From positions 64,001 through 128,000 of the forward strand of contig CAXXWX010000015.1 in assembly GCA_963675745.2 (NCBI GenBank): a DNA stretch of 64,000 nt, in the 5' to 3' direction. The translations under genes and the position numbers were made by a program. A model generated the notes under the pieces. The model searched no databases, was not told the DNA's origin, and saw only the letters and a program-made list of their open reading frames with translations. Shown piece after piece: positions 20,936 through 30,524 of the stretch (position 1 is its first letter; each line of letters begins with the position of its first letter). The DNA is from Phycisphaerae bacterium (GTDB lineage: Bacteria; Planctomycetota; Phycisphaerae; UBA1845; Fen-1342).

Positions 20936-21955
20936 ATGTCCGATCTGCCCGACGGTGTATTCGCTCCTGATCTACTCGACCTGCATCTGGGTCGACTGTC
21001 AGACGAGCAAACGAAGCTGGTCATGGCCCGGATTGAGCAAGACCCGGCCCTCGCCGAGCAGCACGACGTTCTGCTGTCGGTGTTTGCCGCGTTGGAGAGT
21101 GTGCGGCGTGAGCCGATACCGGACGGCGTCGCCGACCGCATTGCCGGTCGTGTCGCGACGTCGATCAGGCGTGTCCGCGTTATCAGACCACCATCCAAGC
21201 CGGACGACGACGCCGATGCCGCCTCCGCGCCGCTGCTGATCCCCTTCAGAGGCATGCGCGAGATTATCGCCGTCGCTGCCATGATCGTGCTGGCGGTCGG
21301 TCTGGGTATTCCAGGACTGCTCAGCGTGCGTGAACGCGGCCAGCGCATCGCCTGCTCCGCGCAACTTGCCGGCATCGGTCAGGGTTTGCAGACCTATGCC
21401 GCCGGCTACAACAACAGCCTGCCGTTCGCCGGCTGGGATGAGCACAAAACCTGGGCGATGTCGGAGAATCCGGCTGACGAGATCATGCCCAACCGCCGCC
21501 ACCTGTACCGGCTGGTACGCGGGCATTACACCTCGCCGAACCGGTTCGTGTGCCCCTCGCGGATGCACGTTCCCATGCCCGATGACAAGGTCGGCGAGCT
21601 CGACGATTTCCCCGAGGCCAACAACGTCAGTTTCGCCTATCAGAACATGGCCAAAGTGCGCCCCTCGCTCGACGACAACGCGGACCTGCCTATCCTGGCC
21701 GATGACAACCCGCTCTTCGACGACGGGATCCCCGTGCTCGGATTGCTCCGCCAGGGCTTTAACGCGGCGAGCGGTAACTCCACCGCGCACCGCGGCCAGG
21801 GACAGAACATTCTCTCACTCAGCGGGCACGTTCGCTGGACCACAACACCGCTCTGCGGTTTTGATGGCGATAACATCTGGACCTTGCAGGACGTCGAATC
21901 CTACACCGGTCGCGAGGGACCCGCCTCAACACGCGACGCGCACATGCTCAAGTAG
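20936..21955 (+). CDS. Putative anti-sigma factor with DUF1559-like extracytoplasmic domain
   Basis: N-terminal anti-sigma-like helices, one TM segment, then RIACSAQLAGIGQGLQTYA, FVCPS and H..GQNILSLSGHV. Confidence 0.65.
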   Translation: MSDLPDGVFAPDLLDLHLGRLSDEQTKLVMARIEQDPALAEQHDVLLSVFAALESVRREPIPDGVADRIAGRVATSIRRVRVIRPPSKPDDDADAASAPLLIPFRGMREIIAVAAMIVLAVGLGIPGLLSVRERGQRIACSAQLAGIGQGLQTYAAGYNNSLPFAGWDEHKTWAMSENPADEIMPNRRHLYRLVRGHYTSPNRFVCPSRMHVPMPDDKVGELDDFPEANNVSFAYQNMAKVRPSLDDNADLPILADDNPLFDDGIPVLGLLRQGFNAASGNSTAHRGQGQNILSLSGHVRWTTTPLCGFDGDNIWTLQDVESYTGREGPASTRDAHMLK

Positions 21956-22032
21956 CTCCCGCTATACGCCTTGCCTATTCGACGCCGGACTCGCTGGTGC
22001 AACCTCCCGCCAGCGGGGCCGGCGTTGGTCGA

Positions 22033-22074
22033 TTTTGAGTTTTCAGTTTTCAGTTTTCAGTGTTCAGTGTTCAG
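22033..22074. repeat. Heptamer tandem repeat (TTTTCAG/TGTTCAG x6)
   Basis: Read directly from the sequence. Confidence 0.85.
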
Positions 22075-22239
22075 TAACGAAAGCCGTGCCCCGCCGCCGG
22101 AGGGTGCCCCGTGGCTTGCCGCGGGGGACTGACGCCACTGATCTACCTTTATCCGCGAAAACCGCGTACGATCCGTGGGGGATATGTTCACGAACGTCGC
22201 GCCGGGCCGCGGCGTTCGGTCAAAACGGAGGGTCTTGCC

Positions 22240-23301
22240 GTGCGCGCTGTGATTCAAGCCATTCCGCTGCTGCTCTGCCTAACGCTGGCCGCGCCAGGCT
22301 CGGCGCAAGTGCCGATCCTTGACAACATCGACGCCTTTGTCCCGGATGGTACGACCTACTACGAGAACGCGCAACTCGTCGACTACGGCGCCGGCTATGT
22401 CAGCTTCTGGGTCGTCGAGGACTTCCGCGTTGACGACCTGTCGGCCGACATCACACGCATCGAGTGGCTCGGTAAATACAGCAACGAGTACACCGGCGGC
22501 AGCGAACTGACCTACACCGCCGAGATCATCGTGCTCGAAGAGCGCGACGGCGTCATCGACCCCGACCCACTGCCCTACTACCTCGCCGAAGGCCTTACCT
22601 TTGACCGCGCCGGGACCGAGATCGGCAGCGACGTCGTCGAGCGTTTCGGCGTCGACTTACCTGTGGCCTTTGTCCTGACGCCGGGCATGCACGTTTACGT
22701 CGGCGTGCGTCTCAAGTCCGACGCCGGCTTCATCGGCGGCAACCACGGTCTCGCCTGCACGGGCAATCCGGCTTTGCCGCACAGTGACACCAGTGCCGCG
22801 TATCGCTCTGACTTCGGCTTTCCCGACTGGACGCTGATGAGCACCGAGCCGTTCTGGAACGATAACGGCCATCTCGAATACGCCATCCAGCTTCTCGGCG
22901 AACATCGCGATTGCGACGGCGACGGCACGCCGGACTATGACGAGATCCAGGGCGGCGCCGACGATTGCAACACGAACTGGGTGCCGGACGAGTGCGAGCT
23001 GGACGGCAACGACTGCAACACCAACGGCATCCCCGACGAGTGCGACATCACCTCGGGCTTCAGCCAGGACGAAAACGAAAACGACATCCCCGATGAGTGC
23101 GAATTCGATCTGGGCGACCTGAACTGCGACGGCTGGGTCAACAACGGCGACATCGACGCCTTCGTCGACGCCATCTCCGACCCACCCACCTACGCCGCCA
23201 CCTATCCCGACTGCGACATCAACCTGGGCGACATCAACCAGGACGGCTGGGTAAACAACGGCGACATCGACGCATTCGTAGACCTGATCGCGCCGCGGTA
23301 A
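22240..23301 (+). CDS. Secreted protein with DCN.NG.PDEC repeats and C-terminal dockerin-like domain
   Basis: GTG after GGAGGG, signal peptide, GDLNCDGWVNNGDIDAFV and GDINQDGWVNNGDIDAFV. Confidence 0.8.
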   Translation: MRAVIQAIPLLLCLTLAAPGSAQVPILDNIDAFVPDGTTYYENAQLVDYGAGYVSFWVVEDFRVDDLSADITRIEWLGKYSNEYTGGSELTYTAEIIVLEERDGVIDPDPLPYYLAEGLTFDRAGTEIGSDVVERFGVDLPVAFVLTPGMHVYVGVRLKSDAGFIGGNHGLACTGNPALPHSDTSAAYRSDFGFPDWTLMSTEPFWNDNGHLEYAIQLLGEHRDCDGDGTPDYDEIQGGADDCNTNWVPDECELDGNDCNTNGIPDECDITSGFSQDENENDIPDECEFDLGDLNCDGWVNNGDIDAFVDAISDPPTYAATYPDCDINLGDINQDGWVNNGDIDAFVDLIAPR

Positions 23302-23415
23302 CTCGTGCCACTGCTCTTGAGCAGTGCCGGCTCGGCGCGCGAGCCCGGTTTATTCCGTGCCCTGCTGCACGTCTCGATACTCAGACGCGGTTGCGCGTAT
23401 CGCGCAGGCCATCCG

Positions 23416-23862
23416 CTATTCATCGCTTGGCGGCTGCGCGATCAGGGCTTCGTCAAACGCGGTGCCGCACTCCGGGCAGCGTGGCGTGAGTTGACCGCGC
23501 AGGTCATAGCCGCAGCTCAGGCAGATCGGTATCCCCCGCTCCTGCAATTGGCGACGGAGGTGACGCCGTATCGGATTGCGCCAGAGCCACTGCATGACGC
23601 CGAAGGTCACGCCAGACAAAACCCCTCCGACCAGCCCGCCGTACGCGGCGTGTGGAATCTGTATGAACAGGCCGAGTATATGCAAGGCGGCCACCAGCAC
23701 TAAACCTCCGACAGCAAAAAAAGCCGCGACGGAGCACCAGAACGTCCATTTGCGCTGTTGGCGACGCATGGCCATGGAGAGCGCCTTCTGGCTGTCCTTC
23801 TTCGACGAAAACCGCGCTAACTCAGGGAACAGACGGCTGGAGCGGTCGCGTTGTGAAGACAT
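23416..23862 (-). CDS. Membrane protein with C-terminal zinc ribbon
   Basis: Two TM segments, then CLSCGYDLRGQLTPRCPECG. Confidence 0.75.
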   Translation of the reverse strand: MSSQRDRSSRLFPELARFSSKKDSQKALSMAMRRQQRKWTFWCSVAAFFAVGGLVLVAALHILGLFIQIPHAAYGGLVGGVLSGVTFGVMQWLWRNPIRRHLRRQLQERGIPICLSCGYDLRGQLTPRCPECGTAFDEALIAQPPSDE

Positions 23863-24008
23863 TTCCGGCGAACTCCCATTGATCCAGGATGAGCGCGAAA
23901 CGCACTGCTCAAGAGCGGTGGCAGAGAACCATGCCACTACGGCGCGAGCGTTAACGTAAGGCCAACGACTGACAACTGATGGCCAACGATACCGTCGACC
24001 ACGCCAAA

Positions 24009-24997
24009 CGTCCCGCCAGGGACGTGTGAACCTAGCCCAGGACGCAGTCCTGGGGTTCGGGCGTTCTTCGCGTGTGGCAAGTCCCGCCAAGGACGGACGA
24101 AAACTCGCTCGGCGCCATTATGTGATCAAAGCCCTACCCCGCGGACGGGTGATTCAGCCGTCCCTGGCGGGACTGAATCTCCTGGGCACGATCGCGGTCC
24201 CAGCATTGCATGCTGGGCTAGAGTCATCCGCCCCTGACGGGGCTACCACTCGGCGAGAAATCTGCCCGACCGTGGTGCGCGGCATGCGTGCGATCAACCG
24301 ACGGGACTGAATCTCCTGGGCACGATCGCGGTCCCAGCATTGCATGCTGGGCTAGAGTCATCCGCCCCTGACGGGGCTACCACTCGGCGAGAAATCTGCC
24401 CGACCGTGGTGCGCGGCATGCGTGCGATCAACCGACGGGACTGAATCTCCTGGGCACGATCGCGGTCCCAGCATTGCATGCTGGGCTAGAATCATCCGCC
24501 CCTGACGGGGCTGCCACTCGGCGAGAAATCTGCCCGACCGTGGTGCGCGGCATGCGTGCGATCAACCGACGGGACTGAATCTCCTGGGCATGATCGCGGT
24601 CCCAGCATTGCATGCTGGGCTAGAGTCATCCGCCCCTGACGGGGCTACCACTCGGCGAGAAATCTGCCCGACCGTGGTGCGCGGCATGCGTGCGATCAAC
24701 CGACGGCCAAGCAGACACGACGACGAACCCTCGCGAATCCAGCATGCCGCCGGCGCGGGATGTCCCGCCAGGGATATCTGAACCTAGCCCAGGACGCAAT
24801 CCTGGAACTCCAGCGCGGGCCGCGTACCGAGCGTCCCGGCAGGGACATCTGAACTTGGCCCAGGACGCAGTCCTGGGATTCGGGCGTTCTTCGCGTGTGG
24901 CAAGTCCCGCCAGGGACGACTGAACCTGGCCCAGGACGCAGTCCTGCCTCTCCAGCGCGGGCCGCGCGCCGAACTCCCCGCCAGGGACGGCTGAACG
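24009..24997. repeat. Cluster of two-hairpin REP-like units downstream of IS200-like tnpA, including a 4 x 134-bp tandem array (24168-24703)
   Basis: Recurrent GTCCCGCCAGGGAC and TAGCCCAGGACGCAGTCCTGGG; inverted variant CCCAGCATTGCATGCTGGGCTA...GCCCCTGACGGGGC; array units start at 24168, 24302, 24436, 24570. Confidence 0.9.
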
Positions 24998-25450
24998 TCA
25001 ACCGAGCGCCCGCCCCGCATCGAAGTCGAATCCATGCCGCTCCAGAAACAGGCGATACTCCTCATCGAACCCACGGGCGCGGTGATGCTCGCGTTGGTTC
25101 TTGATGTACGCCATTGTGTCATCCAGTTGCGACACACCAACCGTGAAGGCCGCATAACCCTCCTGCCAGGCAAACGCCCCCATCGTCGGAAACGTGTCGT
25201 GCAGCCATTTCGACGAGCCGGCCTTGATGAGCTGAACGGCTTTGGCAACTGGCATCGTAGCGGGCAGCAGAAGAAGCACGTGTGCGTGATCGGCGATTCC
25301 GCCGGCGATGAGCAGCGTGAATTGGTTGGTGCGCGCCACGCCGCCGAGATAGGCCCACAGCCGTGGCTGGATGTCGTCGGGGATCAGCGCCCGGCGTCCC
25401 TTGGTGCTGAATACGCAGTGGAAGAGGCATTTCGTGAATGAGTGAGCCAT
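24998..25450 (-). CDS. tnpA: IS200/IS605-family Y1 transposase
   Basis: FHCVFSTKGR, DHAHVLL (HUH), KAGSSKW, FAWQEGYAAFTV, YIKNQREHH. Confidence 0.93.
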   Translation of the reverse strand: MAHSFTKCLFHCVFSTKGRRALIPDDIQPRLWAYLGGVARTNQFTLLIAGGIADHAHVLLLLPATMPVAKAVQLIKAGSSKWLHDTFPTMGAFAWQEGYAAFTVGVSQLDDTMAYIKNQREHHRARGFDEEYRLFLERHGFDFDAGRALG

Positions 25451-25583
25451 CGGGGCGTTCTCGCGATCGGGTGATTCGGCCATCCCTAATATCGGCTGTG
25501 GCGCGCCTGCGCTGTTCCCTGCGACTCGTGATGGACCATGTTCAATTCAACCCCCACTGGACGCCGCCGGCGCGCCGGCTATG

Positions 25584-26414
25584 TCATGAGCCGCCCAAGG
25601 CCTCCATGGGAAACTCGACCTTTACATAGTTGCGGGCCTTGGCGTCCGCGATAACGGCCTCGCGCAGGCGGGGTGGGGCCTGGTCGTGTGGCAGGATCAT
25701 GGCGTAGGTGTTTGGCGTGCCATGCGCGGTGGCCATGCTCGCCAGTCCGGTGATCTGTCCGGCCCGCGTCGCCGCCAGCAGATGACACTTACCCTGCTCC
25801 TGCTGGCTGAGCAATTCGAGCCCGGTGAGCTCGGCGGTTACGGCCGACTCGGCCAGCGGTACGCGCGGGTCGGCGCCCGGCCGATCTTGCAGCAACGCGA
25901 CGATCAGCGGCCAGTCCGCGCGGGTCACATCGCGAATCTCGACGTCGCCGTTGCCGTCCGGCAGCGGCGTGTCGCCGGCGACACCGGCGGCCTTGCGCAT
26001 CATCATCACGTCGTCGATCGGCTCGCGCGTTACGCGGTGGGCAACCTTAAAGCCGCACTTCGCGTACAGCTCGACGAGCTCGGCATGGCAGCCCAGGTAG
26101 AGCCATTTTCCGCCGGTCATGTCGAACCACTCGAGCGCGGTCCGCAACAACTTGGTGGCCAGGCCGCGCCGGCGATGGTCGCGGCGCGTGAAAGTGTGGC
26201 CGAGCACGCCGATACCGCCTTGGCGATTGATGCAGACGTTGGCGAGCACCTCGCCGCCGTTGACGAATATGGCCAGCGCATCCTGCCCGCCGACCACCCC
26301 CTCGCACAGACGTTTCTCGATGTCTTCGAGCCACAGCGGGCCTTTGTGCCCGAGAAGTTCGCGCAGCGCGGGCCAGCGGGTCGGCGCCGGCGGAATGATC
26401 AAGAGCGGCTTCAT
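25584..26414 (-). CDS. GNAT-family acetyltransferase
   Basis: FTRRDHRRRGLA and LYAKCGF acetyl-CoA motifs. Confidence 0.8.
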   Translation of the reverse strand: MKPLLIIPPAPTRWPALRELLGHKGPLWLEDIEKRLCEGVVGGQDALAIFVNGGEVLANVCINRQGGIGVLGHTFTRRDHRRRGLATKLLRTALEWFDMTGGKWLYLGCHAELVELYAKCGFKVAHRVTREPIDDVMMMRKAAGVAGDTPLPDGNGDVEIRDVTRADWPLIVALLQDRPGADPRVPLAESAVTAELTGLELLSQQEQGKCHLLAATRAGQITGLASMATAHGTPNTYAMILPHDQAPPRLREAVIADAKARNYVKVEFPMEALGGS

Positions 26415-26640
26415 GGGGTCGCCTGAGGCCATGGTAGACGGGTATTACCGCCCGCATGCTAACAACGTCGGCGCCGGTGTCTACCAGCCGGGCCGGTCGC
26501 GCGTTACAGTTCCCCGCGCCCGCCGGTATGGCACCGGCATGACCTGTGGACCATTCCGCCGCCGGCGGGCTGTTTCGCAGGCCGTCAAACCATGCCAGAC
26601 GTAGTGGAGCCAGCATACGCCACCCCCGCGAGGAGACACC

Positions 26641-28638
26641 ATGGCCAAGAAGCGATCGATCCAACTTGATGACCTGTTCAAACTCCAAGTGGTGGGCGGC
26701 GTCGCCATCTCGCCTGACGGATCCCAGGTCGTGTTCGAGTTGAAGCGCGCCGACCCGGAAGACAACAAGAACTACGTCAATCTCATGCTCGTCGACGTTG
26801 CCACCGGGGCGCAGCGCAAGCTCACCGACGGCAAGCACTGCGACACATTGCCGGCCTGGGCGCCGGACGGTAAGAAGCTGGCCTTCATCTCAAATCGCGA
26901 GAAGGCCGGCGCGATTTACGTGCTGCCGATGGAAGGCGGCGAGCCGCAGCGCATCACCGACCGCGAAGGAAACGTGGGCGAGTTCCGCTGGTCTCCCAAC
27001 GGACGAAAACTCGCGTTTACATACACGCCCATGACCGAGCGCGAGAAGCTCGAACGCGACGGCAAGGGTGAGGAGGCCGCCAAGCTACCCCAGTTCAAGC
27101 ACATCACACGCCTGCACCACAAGCTCGACGGCGTCGGCTGGTGGAACGGCAACTACGCCCACATTCACGTCATCAGTGCCGCCGGCGGCAAGCCGACGCA
27201 GCTCACACATGGCAAGTTCGATGACTCGGAGCCGCGTTTCAGCCCGGACGGCAAGCAGGTCAGCTTTGTTTCCAACCGCCTTGACGATCCGGACATGCAC
27301 TCCTGGAACAGCGATGTCCATGTCGTCAAGGCGACCGGCGGCCCGGCCAAGAGGCTCACGCAGATGCCCGGATTCTGCTTCGGGCACTCCTGGTCGCCCG
27401 ATGGCCGCCAGATTGCGTACGTCGGCGATCCCGCCAAGTCACACCGGGACCATCGACACAACGCGCGCATCTGGCTGGTTTCCAGCAAAGGCGGCCATCC
27501 GCGTGAGCTCACGCGCGACATCGATGCCAATTGCTACAACGCCGTCATCGGCGATGTGACCGGCGTCTCCTTCGGCGCGGCGCCGCCGATCTGGTCGGCG
27601 GACAGCCAGCGCGTGTATTTCCTGGTGACCACGCGCGGCTGTTGTCATCTGTATTCCAAATCGCTGGCGCGCGGCAAGTCGCGCTGCGTCGTGGGTGGTG
27701 ATATAAACCTGATGGCGTTTCAGCGCACCGCCAAGGACGGCCCCATCGCCGTCACCATCGGCGCGTTCGACAATCCCGGGGATGTCTTTGTGCTCGACCC
27801 GGACGCCGATGAGCCGCGCCGCCTGACGCATCTGAACGAAACGGTTCTGAAACGCATCCAACTCGCCCAGCGCGAGGCGTTTTACGTCAAATCCGGGAAG
27901 GTCGAGGTGCCTGCCTGGGTGCTCAAACCCCCCGGCTTCAATCCGCGGAAGAAATACCCGGCGATTCTCGAAGTTCACGGCGGACCGCAGGCCGCCTACG
28001 GCGAGTCGTTCTTCCATGAGATGCAACTGCTCGCCGCCAAGGGCTACGTCGTGGTCTATTCCAACCCGCGCGGCAGCGACTCGTACGGGCTCGACTACCG
28101 CGCGTGCATCCACGGTGACTGGGGTAACCGCGACTGGCAGGACGTCACCAAGGTCACCGATTGGATGGCGCGTCAGCGCTACATCGACAAGACGCGCATC
28201 GGCATCACCGGCGGCTCGTACGGCGGCTACATGACCAATTGGGCGGTGACGCACACCAACCGTTACCGCGCCGCCGTCACGCAGCGCAGCGTGGTCAGCT
28301 TTGAGACCATGTTTGGCAGCAGCGACTTTGGCTATGAGCTCGGACAGATCTTCGGCGGCACGCCCTGGCGGCAGCTCAAGAGATATCGCCAGCAATCGCC
28401 ATTGACATTGGTCGAGAAGATCAAGACGCCGCTATTGATCATCCACTCCGAGCAGGATCTGCGCTGCCCGATAGCCGAAGCCGAACAGCTCTTCACGTCG
28501 CTCAAGGTGCTGGGGCGCGAAACGGAACTGGTGCGATTCGAAGGCGAGTCGCACGGCCTCTCGCGCGGTGGCCGGCCGCAGAATCGAGCGGAACGCCTGC
28601 GACGAATATTGGCGTGGTTTGACGCGAGAATGAAGTAG
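26641..28638 (+). CDS. S9 family peptidase (acylaminoacyl/dipeptidyl peptidase)
   Basis: PD40 propeller, VHGGP, GGSYGG, DLRC, GESH catalytic triad. Confidence 0.95.
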   Translation: MAKKRSIQLDDLFKLQVVGGVAISPDGSQVVFELKRADPEDNKNYVNLMLVDVATGAQRKLTDGKHCDTLPAWAPDGKKLAFISNREKAGAIYVLPMEGGEPQRITDREGNVGEFRWSPNGRKLAFTYTPMTEREKLERDGKGEEAAKLPQFKHITRLHHKLDGVGWWNGNYAHIHVISAAGGKPTQLTHGKFDDSEPRFSPDGKQVSFVSNRLDDPDMHSWNSDVHVVKATGGPAKRLTQMPGFCFGHSWSPDGRQIAYVGDPAKSHRDHRHNARIWLVSSKGGHPRELTRDIDANCYNAVIGDVTGVSFGAAPPIWSADSQRVYFLVTTRGCCHLYSKSLARGKSRCVVGGDINLMAFQRTAKDGPIAVTIGAFDNPGDVFVLDPDADEPRRLTHLNETVLKRIQLAQREAFYVKSGKVEVPAWVLKPPGFNPRKKYPAILEVHGGPQAAYGESFFHEMQLLAAKGYVVVYSNPRGSDSYGLDYRACIHGDWGNRDWQDVTKVTDWMARQRYIDKTRIGITGGSYGGYMTNWAVTHTNRYRAAVTQRSVVSFETMFGSSDFGYELGQIFGGTPWRQLKRYRQQSPLTLVEKIKTPLLIIHSEQDLRCPIAEAEQLFTSLKVLGRETELVRFEGESHGLSRGGRPQNRAERLRRILAWFDARMK

Positions 28639-28713
28639 CCGGCGGCATCGTTACGTGTGCGGGCAGGCACATCTGGTCGCAGCGCCAGCCGCCGCGCGAT
28701 TGGCAACTGAGGT

Positions 28714-30279
28714 CTACTCGAAGAGGTCCAACTGCCGCGGGTCATCGGCCGTTGCGCGGAACTCGCCGTCGTGCAGCTCCGTGATGACGCGCATCTTGTC
28801 GCGTATCTCCTCGATCGAGCGCAGGACCTTGCGTGTTCTGGCTTCGCGCGTGATCGAATAGCCGCGCTTCAGCACGCTCTTCGGATCGCAGGCCCGGACG
28901 GCTTCGAGGCGGGCGGCGAGCAATCGCCGGCCATAGTGGATCAAGCGCGTTGCGGCACTGTCGAGTCGGTGTCGCGCCACACGCACGTGGTCGTCCAGCC
29001 GAGGAAGATCGCGCTGTGGGCCAACCGCGTGTAGACGCCGTTCGCGTTGCTCCAGGCGGCGCTCGGCGAGGCGCATGGCCGCAACCAGACCAGCCTGGAG
29101 AGCATGTTCGCGCTGCTGGAGTCGTTGCCCCAGTCGCGCGAACTGCGCTCCCGAGCCAAAACGCAGAATCGCCAGATCCGCCTTGTTTACGTGTTTCCGC
29201 GCGGCCTGTAGCTGGTCATCCGCCGCGCGTGCGGCGCGCTGGGCCATCTCGTCGATGAGTTGCGCAAGATCACGGGAACGGCGCAGCGGCTTGTCAATCG
29301 GTTCACGGGCAAGCAGCCGGTATAACTCCGCCCGCGACAGCTCGAGCCGATGCTGAATCGCACGGGCCGCCCGCATGGCCCGCGTATCCACCCACTCGAG
29401 TAATTCAACGCGGTTAGGGGCGACAATTTCGGCCGCGGCGGTCGGCGTGGCGGCCCGCATGTCCGCCACCAGGTCACTGATGCTCACGTCGACTTCGTGC
29501 CCGACAGCGCTGATGATGGGGATGCGGCTGGCGGCGATGGCCCGGGCGACGATCTCCTCGTTGAAGGCCCACAAGTCTTCCAACGAGCCGCCCCCGCGAC
29601 CCACTATCGCCGCGTCGATTCCGCCGAGCGTGGTGGCGTGACGGTTGACCAGGCGGATCGCATCCGCAATCTCGGCCGCCGCCCCTTCGCCCTGCACGCG
29701 CACCGGCAGCACCAGAATCTCCAGCGCCGGGAACCGCCGTGCCAGCGTTTGGAGAATGTCACGAATGGCCGCGCCACTGGGGCTGGTGACGACCGCTATG
29801 CGCTCGGGGATACGCGGCAGCGGTTTCTTGCGGGCCGGATCAAACAGCCCCTCTTTTTCAAGTCGCTCCTTGAGTTGGCGAAACGCGACCTCCAGCGCGC
29901 CTACGCCGCGCGGTTCGAGCTTTCGCACCATGAGCTGATACGAACCGCGCGGGATGTAGACCTCCAGCCCGCCGATGGCGATCACTTCCATGCCGGCTTC
30001 GGGCTCGAATTTCAGGCGGGCGGCGGCGCTGCGCCACATGACGCAGCGCAGCTCGGCGGTCAGGTCTTTGAGCGTGAAATACACATGGCCGCTGGCCGGT
30101 CGCGACAGGTTGCCGACCTCACCCAGCACGTGCAGCGTCGAGGGCACCTGCCGGTCGATCGCGCGACGAACCAGCTCGTTGACCTCGCGCACCGTAACCG
30201 TACCGTCGGGCGACGGAGACAGCCGCTCGGCGGCGGGCACGCGAATCCGTGACGGATCAAAAGGCTTGCGCTCGGCCAT
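28714..30279 (-). CDS. xseA: Exodeoxyribonuclease VII large subunit
   Basis: SGHVYFTLKD, GRGGGSLEDLWAFN, SAVGHEVD, RAATPTAAAE. Confidence 0.96.
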   Translation of the reverse strand: MAERKPFDPSRIRVPAAERLSPSPDGTVTVREVNELVRRAIDRQVPSTLHVLGEVGNLSRPASGHVYFTLKDLTAELRCVMWRSAAARLKFEPEAGMEVIAIGGLEVYIPRGSYQLMVRKLEPRGVGALEVAFRQLKERLEKEGLFDPARKKPLPRIPERIAVVTSPSGAAIRDILQTLARRFPALEILVLPVRVQGEGAAAEIADAIRLVNRHATTLGGIDAAIVGRGGGSLEDLWAFNEEIVARAIAASRIPIISAVGHEVDVSISDLVADMRAATPTAAAEIVAPNRVELLEWVDTRAMRAARAIQHRLELSRAELYRLLAREPIDKPLRRSRDLAQLIDEMAQRAARAADDQLQAARKHVNKADLAILRFGSGAQFARLGQRLQQREHALQAGLVAAMRLAERRLEQRERRLHAVGPQRDLPRLDDHVRVARHRLDSAATRLIHYGRRLLAARLEAVRACDPKSVLKRGYSITREARTRKVLRSIEEIRDKMRVITELHDGEFRATADDPRQLDLFE

Positions 30280-30304
30280 GCGTCAGGGCACCTTCCGCGT
30301 TTGT

Positions 30305-30330
30305 GTAGCGGCCAACCCCCGAGTCGGCCG
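30305..30330 (+). repeat. GTAG-type REP (family B)
   Basis: GTAGCGGCCAACCCCCGAGTCGGCCG. Confidence 0.75.
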
Positions 30331-30524
30331 TTGCCGCTCTAAACCATATCACGACACGAAACGCCAGTCATCTCTCATCAGGCGGTGCTCTTGAGCCCGT
30401 GTTTCCCAGGAGATGTATGCAGTGAGGTATACTGGACATGGATTTCGACCCATGAAGCATGCGATGCGCCGCACTGCCGTTCGAACGCACTGGAGGATTC
30501 GACCTGCGAGACTGCGGGATTGAC

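Noticed and set aside
24168..24703. Possible CRISPR array
   Set aside because: Whole 134-bp units are near-identical, there are no unique spacers and no cas genes.
25451..25583. tnpB or left-end repeats accompanying the IS200-like tnpA
   Set aside because: No TnpB-like ORF on either side and no copies of the hairpin units upstream of tnpA.
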